Below are positions 31,358 to 44,839 of a DNA stretch of 64,000 bases, one piece after another (the first letter of the stretch is position 1; each line of letters opens with the position of its first letter). The translations under genes and the position numbers were made by a program. The notes beneath the pieces were generated by a model. That model was not told the origin of the DNA. It searched no databases and worked only from the letters and a program-made list of their open reading frames with translations. Source of the stretch: Eledone cirrhosa (taxonomy: Eukaryota); NCBI GenBank assembly GCA_964016885.1, contig OZ024741.1, positions 257,486,001 through 257,550,000 of the forward strand, given 5' to 3'.

Positions 31358-32348
31358 TGGACGAATATAATGCAGCCCAACAAAAGGACTGCCAACAACT
31401 TCCAAGCCTGGAACAATGACGTGCCGGCGTTGTATGGGCTTCGAAAAGACCATAAAACGGGCTGTGACCCTGTCGCGGGACCACCAACACGGCCAGGAGC
31501 AAATTTTGGAATAGAATAAAAAGAACTAGGAACAAGGCCAATAGAATAAACTCATGGTATGATAGCAATAAATACCAGAGTGTAATGTTCATCAATACAA
31601 CCCCTAGAGGCGAACTAGCCTACAAATTTAGAAGGGCCCTAAATAAACATAAACTCAATATTAAGATAGTAGAAAGACCAGGTACTTCCGTAAAAACACT
31701 TATTAGCAAGACATACCCGTTCCAAAGACCCTCATGTATAGATAAGAAATGTATAACCTGTAAAATAAGCCCCCATATTAACTGTAAAACTAGAAATGTA
31801 GTGTATAGCTTAAGATGTACTGAAGGACAATGTAGAAACAAAAATATAGTGTACATAGGTGAGACAGCTCGTAGTATAGGGGAACGAATAAATGAACACT
31901 GGCGAGACCTTCAAGATAATAAAGAATCATCTGTGCTCTACCAACATGCTAAGATGGAACACAGGGGTAGATTAGAGAACATAGAAATAAAAATAGAATC
32001 CACACACAGAAAAGATGCAATGTTTAGGCAAATTACAGAGGCAGTAAGCATAAAAAAATTACAACCAAAATTAAATAGAAAATATGAGTGGAACAGCAAC
32101 ATCACAACTTACAATTAAGGACAAAATGAAAACACACACAGGACAAAATGAAAACACACACACACATAGAACAAACAACCAACCAACAATAAATAAATAA
32201 ATAAATAAACAAATAGATAAATGAACACAAACACACACAGACACCCGGATGTGGCGCATGCGCAAACTGAGCACACAACACACACACAGAAACAAAATGG
32301 CGTAGGATAGAAGAAAGGAAAGGCACAGAAACAAAGAAAGGAATCCCC

Positions 32349-32393
32349 AGTCACTGAAGAGGTCACAGAGTGTGTGACGAAAGGACTATGACT
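32349..32393 (+). ncRNA. Minimal hammerhead ribozyme in PLE pLTR (mirror copy 28874-28918-)
   Basis: AGTCA CTGAAGA gGTCACAgagtgTGTGAC GAAA GGAC TA TGACT. Confidence 0.8.
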
Positions 32394-32613
32394 ATATATA
32401 AACAACTATCTGGTTGTGGAACCAACCAACCAACCAGAAATTTATAAGTTTGTAGATTTGTAAATTTATAAATTTATAAATATATAATAAATTGAAGTGA
32501 AAGCAACTGGTGCGTGTGTTTCTTATTGGCAACATGACCCTCCCAAAGTATAACAATATCGGTTTCAACACACAATTTCAGATAAAGAATCTTGCTAAAC
32601 AAATTCAGAAACG

Positions 32614-32697
<84 letters not shown>

Positions 32698-32719
32698 ACA
32701 TATATATATACATATATAC

Positions 32720-32753
<34 letters not shown>

Positions 32754-32759
32754 GTATAC

Positions 32760-33293
32760 ATAGTATCTAGAATAAGGACGGGTTGGAAGATGTTTAGGGA
32801 GCTGCTTCCTTTGTTGACAGAGAAGGGTTTCTCCCTGCATACGAAAGGATGGTTATATGATGCCTGTGTGAGATGCACGATGCTGCATGGTAGTGAGACA
32901 TGGGCGACAACTGCAGAGGATATGCGACGGCTGGAGAGAAATGAAGCAAGTATGCTCCGTTGGATGTGCAATGTCAATGTGCGTAACCGACCAAGTATGG
33001 AGAGTTGAGAAAGAAACTGGGTATAAGGGGGATAAGTTGTGGTGTGCAGGAGAGAAGGCTGAGATGGTATGGACATGTGATGAGCATGGAGGATGACCGC
33101 TGGGTAAAGACGTGCCAAGAAATCCCAGTAGAAGGAAGACTCAGCAGAGGGAGACCACATAAAACATGGGCGGAGGTGGTGAGAGCAGACCTCAGATCGC
33201 TGAAACTCACCGAGGAGATGACGCTGTGCTGAATAGGACCCGTCCAACCCTTGCAAGCAGGGAAAAGTGGACGTAAAATGATGATGATGATGA
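32760..33293 (+). mobile_element. RTE 3' fragment with (GAT)n tail
   Basis: Homologous to 14606-15180. Confidence 0.88.
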
Positions 33294-33739
33294 TATATAT
33301 ACATATATTTATATATATATACATACATATATATATACATGTAGTGAATTAGATTCACATGTTAGAGAATTGTTAGATACATGTTAGAGAATTGGATTCA
33401 CAATCTTGAGGTTGTTATTTCGATTTCTGGATCGGGCGATGCATTATGTCCTTGAGCAAGACACTTTATTTCACGTTTCTCCTTCTACCTGGAGTTGCGA
33501 CCTATAGATAGTATTAGCAACTGGAAAGACCGACGAAAACATTGTTTCTCCGGTTCGATTGGACGAAAGTCGATCGATCCTTTTATATATATATATACAT
33601 ACATATATATATACATATATATACATATATATACATATATATACATACATATACATATATATTTATATATATACATATATATATATGAACATACATGTAT
33701 ATACATATATATATATATACACACATATATATACATAAT

Positions 33740-33798
<59 letters not shown>

Positions 33799-33799
33799 A

Positions 33800-35170
33800 G
33801 TTAAGAATAACATGGTTGACAAAACAAACAAGGAAATTTATTTATAGTCTTACAATTGTTTCTATGGTAGAATTGTTTATAAATTGCTAAATACTGGAGA
33901 AGTATAAATCAACTTACAATACATCTAAATCCAACCATTTCCTCAGAAACCATTAAGAAGTATAAAATATATGCGTAATGGTAAACTTAAAAATTCAAAC
34001 TACTACATCAATACTATTGTTAATGATAAATAAATAAAGGAAGGTAGACAGATGGAAATGAGAGAGAAAGACAGAAAGAAGGAGCTAAGATATAATTAAA
34101 AGTATAACCTATCGTATTAAAATACATATGATATTGATGATAATAAAGATATGTGTAGAGAAGGAGAGAGGGAGGGGAATATATCATAGGCAAAGAGGAA
34201 GGATAAGTAAGGAAGATGAGAAAGAGATAGAGGAAGATTGAGAGTGATGAGGGAGTAGAGGGGATAGAAATTAATCAAGAATATGGGGAAGTGTAAGAAG
34301 AGGGAAGAGACAATATAGAAGAGAAAATTAATATTCGGATATGAAGAATAGAGAGAAGAAGAAAATAAACACACGGATGAGTATACATTACTATGAAAAA
34401 TAGCTAGTTTGAGATTTATTATATAATAAGATAAAATGATCGAGATAGGATATGTTTAAGTGTAGAGATATAAAGACACATGGTGAAGATATAAGGTAAT
34501 AAATGATGTAAATATAAATAAAAAATAAAAATAAAAATAATTGTTTCTACTTTTGGTCAGCAATTACACAGTGTATTACTGGTACTTTATTTTAACAACC
34601 CCGTAAGGATGAAAGGCAAAGTTAAACTCGGCGGGATTAAAAATAATGATGTTAATACAAATGTTTTTAGGTTATTCATACATAGTTCTGAAGTTTGTTG
34701 TAATTTGATATGGTAATAAGTTCTAGAAGTTTTAAAAGGAATAAGGAGAAGAACGTGGAGTTAAGTTGGTCTAAAGTTCAGGAACTTAGATGCTGATTTA
34801 TGCCAGCAAAAAATAGTTCGCTCAATACTACTGTTAAGAAGGGTTTTACTAAAATTAAGAATTTGGAAGAGCTCCATATTACAGAGCCTACAATGGGACA
34901 TACCAGTTTGATAGGCTTTAGCAGACGAGAGTATTTTCCAGCTGATCTCGTATTTAGCGCCTGCATTTTTGAGTTGCCATATTTTATTCGCGAGAATTGT
35001 TGTATTTGATTGGTTCTTATTAATCATAGTATGTCTGTGCACATACCACCGTTTTTTGAAAACATCAGCTGTGGAACCAATGTAATACCATGCCAAATTA
35101 CCTGAGTTGATAGTACATAAGTATACTAAGTTTTTCTCAGGGCATCTGTTTAGTAGAGGGCAATTGTCGG
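33800..35170 (-). mobile_element. PLE 3' fragment (GIY-YIG + 3' UTR/pLTR)
   Basis: ORF 34761..35096 YYIGSTADVFKKRW..CRLCNMEL; HHR motif near 33844-33953; SINE fragment inserted at 34538-34638. Confidence 0.85.
33844..33953 (-). ncRNA. Hammerhead ribozyme with large stem II insertion
   Basis: ATGGTTT CTGAGGA aATGGT...ACCATa GAAA CAATTG TA AGACTAT. Confidence 0.65.
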
Positions 35171-35243
35171 GTAATATATATATATATTATATATATATAT
35201 ATATATAATATATATATATTATATATATATTATATATATTATA

Positions 35244-35325
<82 letters not shown>

Positions 35326-35978
35326 AATATGGCTTTTCTTTAAAAGAATGTGGCTAAATATATCGTTTTAATATAATTGTAGAATAATTAACTTCCGGAA
35401 ACTAGGCCTCATATATTAAAAAAAAAAATTCCAACCATTTCAGCTTTATCAGAAATTTGATTGTGAAAGGTGCTTTGTTAAGATTATCCACACTTTCTGA
35501 GAATGAAAATATTTCCAATGTACATTCGTATTATTACAATGAGGCTATGAGTAGGTCCTGAATTTAAAATAAAATAGTTTTCATGCCTAATGCAAGGGAC
35601 TCACACAATTTTGCTTCATTTAGTACAACATTTATTCCAGAACTGGCCTTTATATTAAGGAATACAAACAGCCAATCTAAACACTATATCATATACATCA
35701 ACCAGTCTACTGAACATCCAGCAAGAATGAGTAATAACATTAGATTAACCAATGTCCCTACATATCCCCAAACACATGGCTGAAAATGTAAACAAACAAC
35801 TTGAGCCTATGCGTAGGAATCAAAATTACAATAACAAGATAGAAATCGATAAAGCACAAAAAAGAACCCAAATGGGAATATGCACCCACCCAAGGGCTAA
35901 ATTGATTGAACCATCAAAACAAACAGTACAGGAAAAATCCCTCCGGCATTTCTCTCCATACAGAACACAAGTGAGATC

Positions 35979-36067
<89 letters not shown>

Positions 36068-36390
36068 ATAATAATAAATTTGAAGACTAAAATCCAAAGA
36101 GGGCTCGATAAGGATAAATATATATCAAATATATAAGAACCGTAGAGCAAATATTTATTAAAATAACATTAAAGTTTAAGCAAAGAATCGCTGCTTTCCC
36201 CCTTAACGGGATCTTCTGAAACTAACAAAGAGAATATCAGTCTACGACTTCTTTTATACCATAAACGTGGTTTTGTCTTTGCGTGTAATTGTTTTTCACC
36301 GCTCCGTTCTTTGCCAGGGAACGTTTCCACGAACCAAAGAATCGTCTTCCTCCGGTTGCAACGTTTTTTGAAATATCCACTTCTGTGTTT

Positions 36391-36466
36391 ACAGATTGAC
36401 TTTGTTAGTTTCAGAAGATCCCGTTAAGGGTGAAAGCAGCGATTCTTTGCTTAAACTTTAATCTGT
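36391..36466 (+). ncRNA. Extended type I hammerhead ribozyme motif, CAGAAGA core variant (also 39703-39778+, 21640-21715-, and partial copies)
   Basis: ACAGATTGA-ctttgtt-AGTTT CAGAAGA tCCCgttaaGGGt GAAA GCA..TGC TT AAACT TTAATCTGT; stems I, II and III pair by eye. Confidence 0.7.
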
Positions 36467-36604
36467 TATTTTAATAAATATTTGCTCTACGGTTCTTATA
36501 TATTTGATATATATTTATCCTTATCGAGTCCTCTTTGGATTTTAGTCTTCAAATTTATTATTATTACTATTTGGCTCCCTCGGTTGAGCACTCTATTTAC
36601 TTAT

Positions 36605-38739
36605 ATGATCATGCAGAAACAACATCTGAATATTTCTACAAAGAACATACCCGTACCAAGCAGGAAAACATACATAAAACTCCTGATACAGAAAACAGAC
36701 GCGTTCATTAAAAGGTTGCGTTGGCGTTCCTTTTATTTCGATAATCCGCGAAAAGCAGACAACAAACAGGATAAATTTGGGTTTAAAACCTATAATAACC
36801 CTCCGTGTAACCCAGCATTGCTACTCTTCAAAAATGATGTCTTGGAACTCATACGGAGTATCAAATTTCGGAATAGGAGCAATTCCTTCCAGCAGGACCT
36901 GAAGAATAGAATTCGTTCTATTAAGGATTCTAATGCCGTGCACGTCCATTCCGACAAAACTGGCAACCTATATCAAGTGGAGTGCAGTACTTACCATCAA
37001 CTACTACATAATGCTGTAACTAAGGATTACCGTAAAACTAATCGGTGCGTCATCAATGATATCAAGGATGGTGGGTTTAAAATCACCTCTGATCTCAACA
37101 TCCTGGACCGGACCGAACCCCTGGACCCTATTTCTCCCCACTTTACCCTGAAGGATCACAAATCGAATTTTCCGAACAACCCCTCTATTCGGCTTATTAA
37201 CCCTACAAAGTCCGATTTAGGTAGACTTAGTAAAAGGATTCTTGATAGAATCATACCTGAAATTAGAAGTTTGGCCCCTCTTGCACTGTGGAACAATTCT
37301 TTTGCGGTGATTGATTGGTTCAACGGCATATGCAACAAGGAACATTGCCGTTTTATCCAATTCGACATCAATAATTACTACTCCTCTATCACTTTACCAC
37401 TTCTCTTTAGAGCTATCAATTTCGCTAAAACACTCACAGAGGTTAAGGATTTCGAAGTTGATATCATCCCCATGCCCGTAAGTCGGTGATTAATTTCGAC
37501 GACTCTATTTGGATAAAAAAATCCAATAGTACCCCATTCGACGTGAGTATGGGCGCCAGCGATTCTGCGGAGGTTACTGATCTTATCGGCCTTTTCCTTC
37601 TTTTCTCTATCAAGGACGAATTCCCCAACGCGGGCGGTGGTTTATACCGTGATGACGGTCTTTTGACCATGACTAAGTGCGGCCCTCGTGCTTGCGACAG
37701 GTTCAGAAAAGAACTCATAGCCTTCTTTAAAGGCTTCAACCTCTCGATACAGTTTGAGGCCAACCTCTCGGTCGTTAATTACCTCGACGTTACCCTCAAT
37801 TTATCGAATGGCTTGTATTACCCGTATAGAAAGCCGAATGATACGCTTAATTACATAAGTAAGCATTCCAACCATCCTGCCAGCATACCCAAGAACCTGG
37901 TAAGAAACGTTTCGTTGAGGCTTTCCTGTCTATCTACTAACGAGCATATTTTCAACGACCATTTCACATATTACAATGAAGCTCTTGCTCGGAGTGGATT
38001 TGTCGATAAGGTAGTATATACAGAGTACGAGAATAGACCTAGAAGAAATAGATCCCGACGCATTATATGGTATAACCCACCATATAATATGGAGGTGGCC
38101 ACACCATTAGCTAAGATCTTTCTATCCATTATTACGAAGCATTTTCCCTCTACACATAAATATATTAAAATTTTTAATAGAAGTACTATTAAAATTTCTT
38201 ACTCTACGACTCCTAACCTTGCACATAACACCACAGCTTCAAATTTAGCTAAACTACCTAGCCGTAGGAACACGTGCAACCCTGTAGTTAGTACTAACTG
38301 TAATTGTAGGAATCGGGCTGATTGCCCCCTATCCGGGAAATGCCTCTCTAGTAACATTGTCTACAAATGTAAGGTTGAAACACCCACGTCCCGTAGGGCC
38401 TACATAGGGTTAACCGCCAATAGATTCAAGCAGCGTCTTTACATGCATACCCATTCTTTTCGTTACCCTCTAAGAAGGAATATGACGTCACTTTCAGCTT
38501 ATATCTGGAGTCTAAAAGACAACCACACCCAATATAAGTTACACTGAGAGATCCTAGCTAGGGCTAGATCGTATAACGGAAACAAAAGACCATGTGACCT
38601 CTGCGCCGCTGAGGCCCTGGAAATACTCTACGCTACAGACCACATCTTAAACAAAAAATCTGAGGCAATTTCGGCTTGTAAACATAAATTGCATAAAACT
38701 TTTCTGTATTACAGCCCCACATTATACCCTAACGGATAG
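36605..38739 (+). pseudogene. PLE RT-GIY-YIG ORF with one frameshift (about 37470) and one TGA (38545)
   Basis: STKNIP, SDKTGN, TLKDHK, RLINPTKSDLG, QFDINNYYSSI, MGASDSAEV, GLYRDDGL, WYNPPYN, CNCRNRADCPL, YIGLTANRFKQR; frame continues past the TGA (conserved Trp position) through CDLC..LNKKSE..CKH to TAG 38739. Confidence 0.9.
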
Positions 38740-39785
38740 TATGATCTATACGCGGATAATTTACGTCTTGATGTGGTAGCTAAGTATATGTTATGTTTAT
38801 ACCATTACTTATTTGCATAGGTAAGTATATATTACCTGTATGTTTCGTGAAGGTGCGTATACTTTCTAGTACGTATATTTGATTGTATATGTTATGGCGT
38901 ATATTTTATATATACTGGTACATATGCTTTTGGTTTTGTGTATACATGAGTTTTGCGTCTGTGTGAGTATGCGGGTTCGTACGTATGATGGGTGTGTGTA
39001 TATGTGTACTTCGTGTTTTGGTTGACGTACGTCTCCAAACATTTGTGTATTTACATGTAGGTATGTGTGTGCATTCGTTATATACGTATTTATTTATTTA
39101 TTTATATACGTTTAGATAATTATTTGTATACACGCACACACACATACATATTTATATGTACGTGTTTTTGTATACCTATGGCGAGTGTTTTGCGTATGCG
39201 TGTTTTGCGTATGCTTGTATACCTATGGCGAGTGTTTTGCGTATGCTTGTGTTTTGCGTATGTATTTGGATGCGTGTATGTATTTATTTAATTTCTATTA
39301 CCTCTGTATTTTATTTACTTTATTCTTAACTCTGAAGCGGAGAATCATTCGGTTTCCTAGTTAGAATTTTAGTCTACGACTTCAGTTATACCATTTACGT
39401 GGTTTTGTCTTTGCGTGCAATTGTTCTCCATGCTCCACATATGACGTGTTATCTTCGTTTTCTCCGTTCATTGCCAGAGAACGTCTCTATGAACCACCTA
39501 ATAGAATATCAGTCTACGACTTCTTTTATACCATAAACGTGGTTTTCTCTTTGCGTGTAATTGTTTTTCACCGCTCCAATTAATGACGTATTATATTCGT
39601 TTTTTCCCCGTTCTTTGCCAGGGAACGTTTCCACGAACCAAAGTATCGTCTTCCTGTCTTCCTCCGGTTGCAACGTTTTTTGAAATATCCACTTCTGCGT
39701 TTACAGATTGACTTTGTTAGTTTCAGAAGATCCCGTTAAGGGTGAAAGCAGCGATTCTTTGCTTAAACTTTAATCTGTTATTTTA

Positions 39786-39820
<35 letters not shown>

Positions 39821-39823
<3 letters not shown>

Positions 39824-40314
39824 TTGGCGTGGCAATAAAATCTTTAGAATAACACTTTAAATGAAAATGCATGAATGCAATAACATCTTTACAGTCTTAT
39901 GCAAAGCATTTAACTCTGTCTGGAACCATTTCTTCGACAATTTTCGAAACCAGCACAACGATTCATCTACCACCTCTTCTAATCAAGCGAAAACACATTT
40001 TCAAAGATGTTGCTTTAAAAATTTGAACACCCAGCAATTGCACAAATTTAAGTCGGGACTATAGGGTGATTGTTTGATTATTGCCACTTATCCTCTAGAA
40101 AATTTTTTTTGTGGATTGAGCAGTTCGATGCATGTATTATAAACTCACAAAAGGGACAGCAAAATATTATGCATGGCCTGTGACAAAATACAGCATTCAT
40201 ACAGAATATTACACGTGTACAACAAAGTTCAAATTCCAACTAATATTAACTACATTTACTGCTATATATGGCACACACACTACTATTGTAAAGACTTTAT
40301 TGCCACACCAAGTA
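39821..40314 (-). mobile_element. Mariner-type deletion derivative/MITE
   Basis: TIRs TACTTGGCGTGGCAATAAA / TTTATTGCCACACCAAGTA in TA context; internal antisense PYSPDL motif at about 40050-40066. Confidence 0.75.
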
Positions 40315-40761
40315 TATATATATATATATATAATAATAATTTCGTTTATTGGCCACAAGGGCTGAATAATAATAACCTGGTGGTTATCATAATAATTGTT
40401 TCTACTTTTGGCACAAGGCCAGCAATTATCCCAGTGCATTACTGGTATTTTATTTTATCGACCCAGTAAGGATGAAAAGGAAAGTTAACCTTGGCGAGAT
40501 TTGAACTCAGACCATAAAGGGGCGTAACTCTATGCTGCAAAGTATGATGTCCGACCCTCTACCAATACTGCCAATCCACTGCTTTTGGTGGTTATCATAA
40601 TAATTGTTTCTACTTTTGGCACAAGGCCAGCAAATACCCAATGCATTACTGGTACTATATTCTATCGACCCCGGAAGGACGAAGTCATCAGATAGGATCA
40701 AAAAAAAGTTGATCATTTTCCCACTCACTCGATGTTCTAATTAAGCTAGTATCCTTAAGAT

Positions 40762-40842
<81 letters not shown>

Positions 40843-40847
<5 letters not shown>

Positions 40848-41313
40848 GACGTAAAATAAGAAAATTTAGAAAAAGATTAAAAATTAACTTACTTACTAAA
40901 ATTTTCACTCCAACTAATTAGTTTCTGTAATGGGATAAAGATAGTTACGTAATATAACCATCGAGAATTCATTACGTCATCAGGGAGTCTTTCCGACTAG
41001 CCTCAGTGTCACGTGATTGATTCTTTAGAATCTGCCATTTGACCAGAGACAGCGAACTTTTTCAGTGCATGGAATCCAGTCCCCGCTAGCTGTTCCATCC
41101 ACCGAATTATTATTATTTTTATATGAGTCCCCAGTGTCCGCGCATTGCCTGGAGACTTAGCTGAGAATAGACTCCCTGATGACGTAATGAATTCTCGATG
41201 GTTATATTACGTAAATATCTTTATCCCATTACAGAAACTAATTAGTTGGAGTGAAAATATTAGTAAGTTAATTTTTAATTTTTTTTTTAATTTTCTTATT
41301 TTACGTCTTTCAT
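40843..41313. mobile_element. ORF-less fold-back pLTR element with HHR in each arm
   Basis: 40843-40990 is the reverse complement of 41168-41313; follows (TA)n. Confidence 0.8.
41171..41252 (+). ncRNA. Hammerhead ribozyme with enlarged stem II (mirror copy 40907-40988-)
   Basis: ACTCC CTGATGA cGTAATG...CATTACa GAAA CTAATTAG TT GGAGT. Confidence 0.75.
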
Positions 41314-41424
41314 ATTATTGTTCTGCATCCTCCTGCATTGAACCACCTAGGTACTATGACATAACTTATGTATTTGCTAGCATTAGTGTACATCTGTACG
41401 CATATGTTGGTAGATATACTAAAT

Positions 41425-41473
<49 letters not shown>

Positions 41474-41536
41474 TTTTTATGAAGAAAGTTTTCGAAATCT
41501 TAATTTTCTCAAGGTTTTCTTTTGATCACAATATAC

Positions 41537-41634
41537 CTTTCCGTTCTCCTCAATGTTGGTTAACATCACAATAGTATTACATTTTAACTGCCAGACCATC
41601 CTCCAAAAATCTTGTACCATATGTTGTGTAGGAC
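41537..41634 (-). CDS. RPTP D1 exon DFWRMVW (98 bp)
   Basis: ttttaacag|(G)PTQHMVQDFWRMVWQLKCNTIVMLTNIEENGK|gtatat. Confidence 0.97.
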
Positions 41635-42676
41635 CTGTTAAAATAAAATAAAAACTAGAAGTTCGATATTATGTATACTAAGGCCATTCTAGATAATTGT
41701 CAGGATTTAAAGTGACTTTGAATTATTTGGACTAACCATGTTCGAACTTCTAATTCACATTACCCTCAATCACTAACCTCTATCACTTCAAACATGAGAT
41801 ATATGAATTGCTTATGTTGTTGCTTTACAAGCTAGTTGAAGAGGGAGGAGCAGTGTCCACAGACTGTTATATATTCATGGCTGCTTTGGTAAGGGAAAAA
41901 GAGAGGAAGATATCCTAAAATCGAAGACCTTTCCCAAAGCTTGCAACAGAAATAGTTACGCTGAAATTTTGAAGGGTTAGGTTGTGTAAAAAACCCCACC
42001 AAATTATAGTAAGGAAGGAATCTCTACTTACTAACAAATAATTCCATCAATCCACAGTCCAGGACTGTTACTTTATGTAAGCAAACCCAAAATAGAGAAA
42101 AGGTAAAAGTAACTTTAACGTGATTTGGACTTGGTGTACATAGAACGAGGAAAATACCACAAGGTAATTTTTTCCTACGACTCTGCCAATTCGCAGATAC
42201 ATGTCACTAAACAGATAAAAAGAGCCATTGAAAAATAGAGAACTATATTCCACAATTTGTCTGAACTTGAGGTTAGGTATTTAAAGGAAAGAATATGGCT
42301 TTATATTGATGGTACTCTCTAACATAAACACTTAGTATATCTAACACTTAAATACAAGTTGTTGATAGGCGGTACACTTGAAATGATTGTACATAAGTTA
42401 GGTTCACCAATATACTTAGATTTCTAAACATCAGTAACTGAAATTCATAAGTAAAACTTAATTCCAACTGGTCTTACAATGTGAATTAACGACACAGTTC
42501 TGATTTTTAGAATTTCCGTTTTTAATTGTCCCTCTAATAATCATGGTAAATATGTAAAAGAAGTAAAAATAAAAATGGGTAAACATAGTGTCATTAATTG
42601 AAAACACTCAAGGAGTTAGTGTTAGCCATAAACTTTCAAGAAAGTCTATTATTCTTGTATGATTAATACTACATAC

Positions 42677-42701
42677 CTTGACAAGCTACATAACGATTAT
42701 T
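42677..42701 (-). CDS. RPTP D1 micro-exon (25 bp)
   Basis: ttctctatttcag|AAT AAT CGT TAT GTA GCT TGT CAA G|gtatgt = NNRYVACQ(G), the YIAtQG motif; phase 0 to 1 bridges the flanking exons. Confidence 0.9.
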
Positions 42702-43065
42702 CTGAAATAGAGAAAAATAAATTGATTAGTAAAATTGTTTATTTATCAGATATGAATGAATGAAAAACATTATAAGATTCAATGCCAATATGTCACGTTG
42801 ATCCTTCTGCCAGGAGTTGCGACCAGTAGATAGTATCAGCAATGGATAAACCAATGGAAACATTGTTTCCTTGGTCTGATTTGATAAGGTCCACTCCACT
42901 CGGCAGGCGAATGAGGTCCAGGATCTTGTTGATCGATCAGAGTGAGAACTGAAAGATTTTACTTACAATGAAATACAGACAATTATATATATAAGACAGC
43001 AAACATTACAATAATAGTTTATGGAAGTTAAACTCAATTCTAACAATCATTATCTCTGACAATCA

Positions 43066-43255
43066 GGGCGGTGGATTGGCAGTATCGGTAGAGAGTCGGA
43101 CACCATGCTTTGAAGCATAGAGTTACGTCCCTTTATGATCTGAGTTCAAATACCGCCGAGGTTAACTTTGCCTTTCATCCTTATGGGGTCGATAAAATAA
43201 ACTACCAGTAATGTACTGGGTAATTGCTGGCCTTGTGCCTAAAATAGAAACAATT
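43066..43255 (+). mobile_element. tRNA-derived SINE (representative copy; others at 6331-6517-, 19070-19145-, 26348-26527+, 34538-34638-, 40392-40580-, 40600-40680-, 43340-43462+, 48198-48380+, 52167-52215-, 54668-54846-)
   Basis: A-box-like TGGCAGTATCGG, B-box GAGTTCAAATCCC, central GCCTTTCATCCTT..GGGGTCGATAAAAT domain (Meta-SINE-like, inference), AGAAACAATT end; 17-bp TSD ATTATCTCTGACAATCA. Confidence 0.88.
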
Positions 43256-43688
43256 ATCTCTGACAATCATTATCTCTGTTAATAACAATCATTATCTCTT
43301 TAATTACCTTTTTGTACACCATCAAAGAGTTATGGCACTTTATGGTCTGAGTTCAAATCCCGCCGAGGTTACCTTTGTCTTTCAGCCTTACGGGGTCGAT
43401 AAAATAAAGTACCAGTAATGCACTGGGATAATTGCGGGAATTGTGCCAAAACTAGAAACAATTATAATAATATGATATATTACTCATGATTAGCTATATG
43501 ATTAAGAAGTTTGTTTTGGGAATGTGGTTCTGGGTTTGATCCTACTAAATATAATCAGAAGTAAGTGTCTTTTACTCTAGCCTCTAGTTTAACAATGCTT
43601 TGAAGGAAGCTGTTAAGCTGGTCATATAAATAGAGTAAAATCAGTAAAGTTGATGAAGACTAGTATTGAAAAATATATTTAGACATAC

Positions 43689-43762
43689 ATTGATGTAGTT
43701 TGCATTGATGTAATCTGAGGAAGATATCTCATCAGCTAGAAGTTTCACACGGGAATGGTCAT
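43689..43762 (-). CDS. RPTP D1 exon DHSRV/DYINA (74 bp)
   Basis: tatttcag|(Y)DHSRVKLLADEISSSDYINANYIN|gtatgt. Confidence 0.96.
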
Positions 43763-43821
43763 CTGAAATAATCAAAGTAGACAACAAATGAATTTCTGCT
43801 TGTATAACTATATAGCTGATA

Positions 43822-44836
43822 TCTGTATATATATAACATTAAGAATGTGTGTGTGTGTCTGTGTGTCTGTGTATTACCTATAGGGGCCTACATCTTACGA
43901 CCGATTTTCATGAAACTTTACAGGCTCATAGATTAGTCATCGGGGAATGTTTTCTATATATCAGCGTATCGTTTTTTTTATTCCGAGGTCATTCTGCAGA
44001 TAAAAATCGATAGGGGGGGTCACCTTTTTTTTAGATGTCGAAAAATAAGATTTTTGGCTCTACCTCCCACATTTTGCCACCGATTTCGATCAAATTTTAA
44101 AGCAAAATAGAATTTATCATTGCACATCCTGTAATTGCGTTATATTTTGCATTTCTTGGGACGGCATGGTAGCCGCATAAATATTCAAAAATACCACTTT
44201 TAGACTCAAATTTCCACTTTTTCGGCTCTAGCTCCTACATTAATCAACCTACTTTGTTCAAATTTTACACTATGCTAGATCTGATTATTTCACATTTTAA
44301 CCTGGCTTTACATTTTGGATTTTTTGTTCAGGAACGGCGTGGCAACCGCTTAAATATTCGAAAATACCACCTCTTCGCTAAAATTTCCGCCTTTTCGGCT
44401 CTAGCTCCCACATTTTTCAACCAATTTCGTTCAAATTCGAAACTTCGGCTCCACCTCACACATAAATCAATTTATTTGGTTCAACTTTTATACTACCATA
44501 AAACCTATCATTGCACATCTTATAGATGGTCAAAGGCAAAACGATGGCCACTGACGTCGTCTGAGCTTTTAGTTGTGTATTTGAGAATTTATCGGTTTCC
44601 AATCAAGTAGCGTGAGGAAATTTGGCTTAGTGTTAGAGGTCATTACATCACTCCCCCAGTATGCCCCTTCGTCAGTCACCCGCGTTTCTCAGTGATAGAG
44701 GTCATCACCACCCTCCCCCGCATGGCCTGTGTGTGGCCATATATGAGTCATCGGGAAGCAGTCGCTAAGATCAACACCTTTTCATCAAAGCAGATATTAT
44801 TTTACCTACCCAGGCAACGCTGGGTACTGCTGCTAG
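43822..44836 (+). mobile_element. Non-autonomous Helitron-type element
   Basis: 5' A|TC start then (TA)/(TG) repeats; 3' hairpin ACCCAGGCAACGCTGGGT then CTAG|T; no TSD. Confidence 0.75.
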
Positions 44837-44839
44837 TAA

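Larger units (their letters stand above)
28708..32616. mobile_element. Young PLE (RT + Cys linker + C-terminal GIY-YIG) in a doubly inverted arrangement
   Basis: Minus arm 28708-31357 carries an uninterrupted frame; 31358-31496 = reverse complement of about 30975-31112; plus arm 31495-32616 = inverted copy of the 3' end; both outer ends abut (TA)n. Confidence 0.95.
36063..39790 (+). mobile_element. Near full-length PLE (YRDD type, probably Hydra clade) with inverted + direct pLTRs
   Basis: Inverted pLTR piece 36063-36230, pLTR 36231-36570, ORF region, then pLTR repeats 39370-39790; both ends in (TA)n. Confidence 0.93.

Noticed and set aside
31358-31595. Hydrophobic N-terminus of the 800-aa ORF as a signal peptide/TM fused to RT
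   Set aside because: It is the antisense reading of the inverted segments; the open frame across the junctions appears fortuitous
38545-38547. In-frame TGA in the PLE ORF as possible selenocysteine, as reported for some Naiad PLEs
   Set aside because: It falls at the conserved Trp of the W.I[LI] motif (TGG>TGA), not at a Cys; the copy also has a frameshift and its endonuclease is C-terminal
43066-43160. tRNA gene
   Set aside because: The A/B boxes belong to a multi-copy SINE head with TSDs; no cloverleaf
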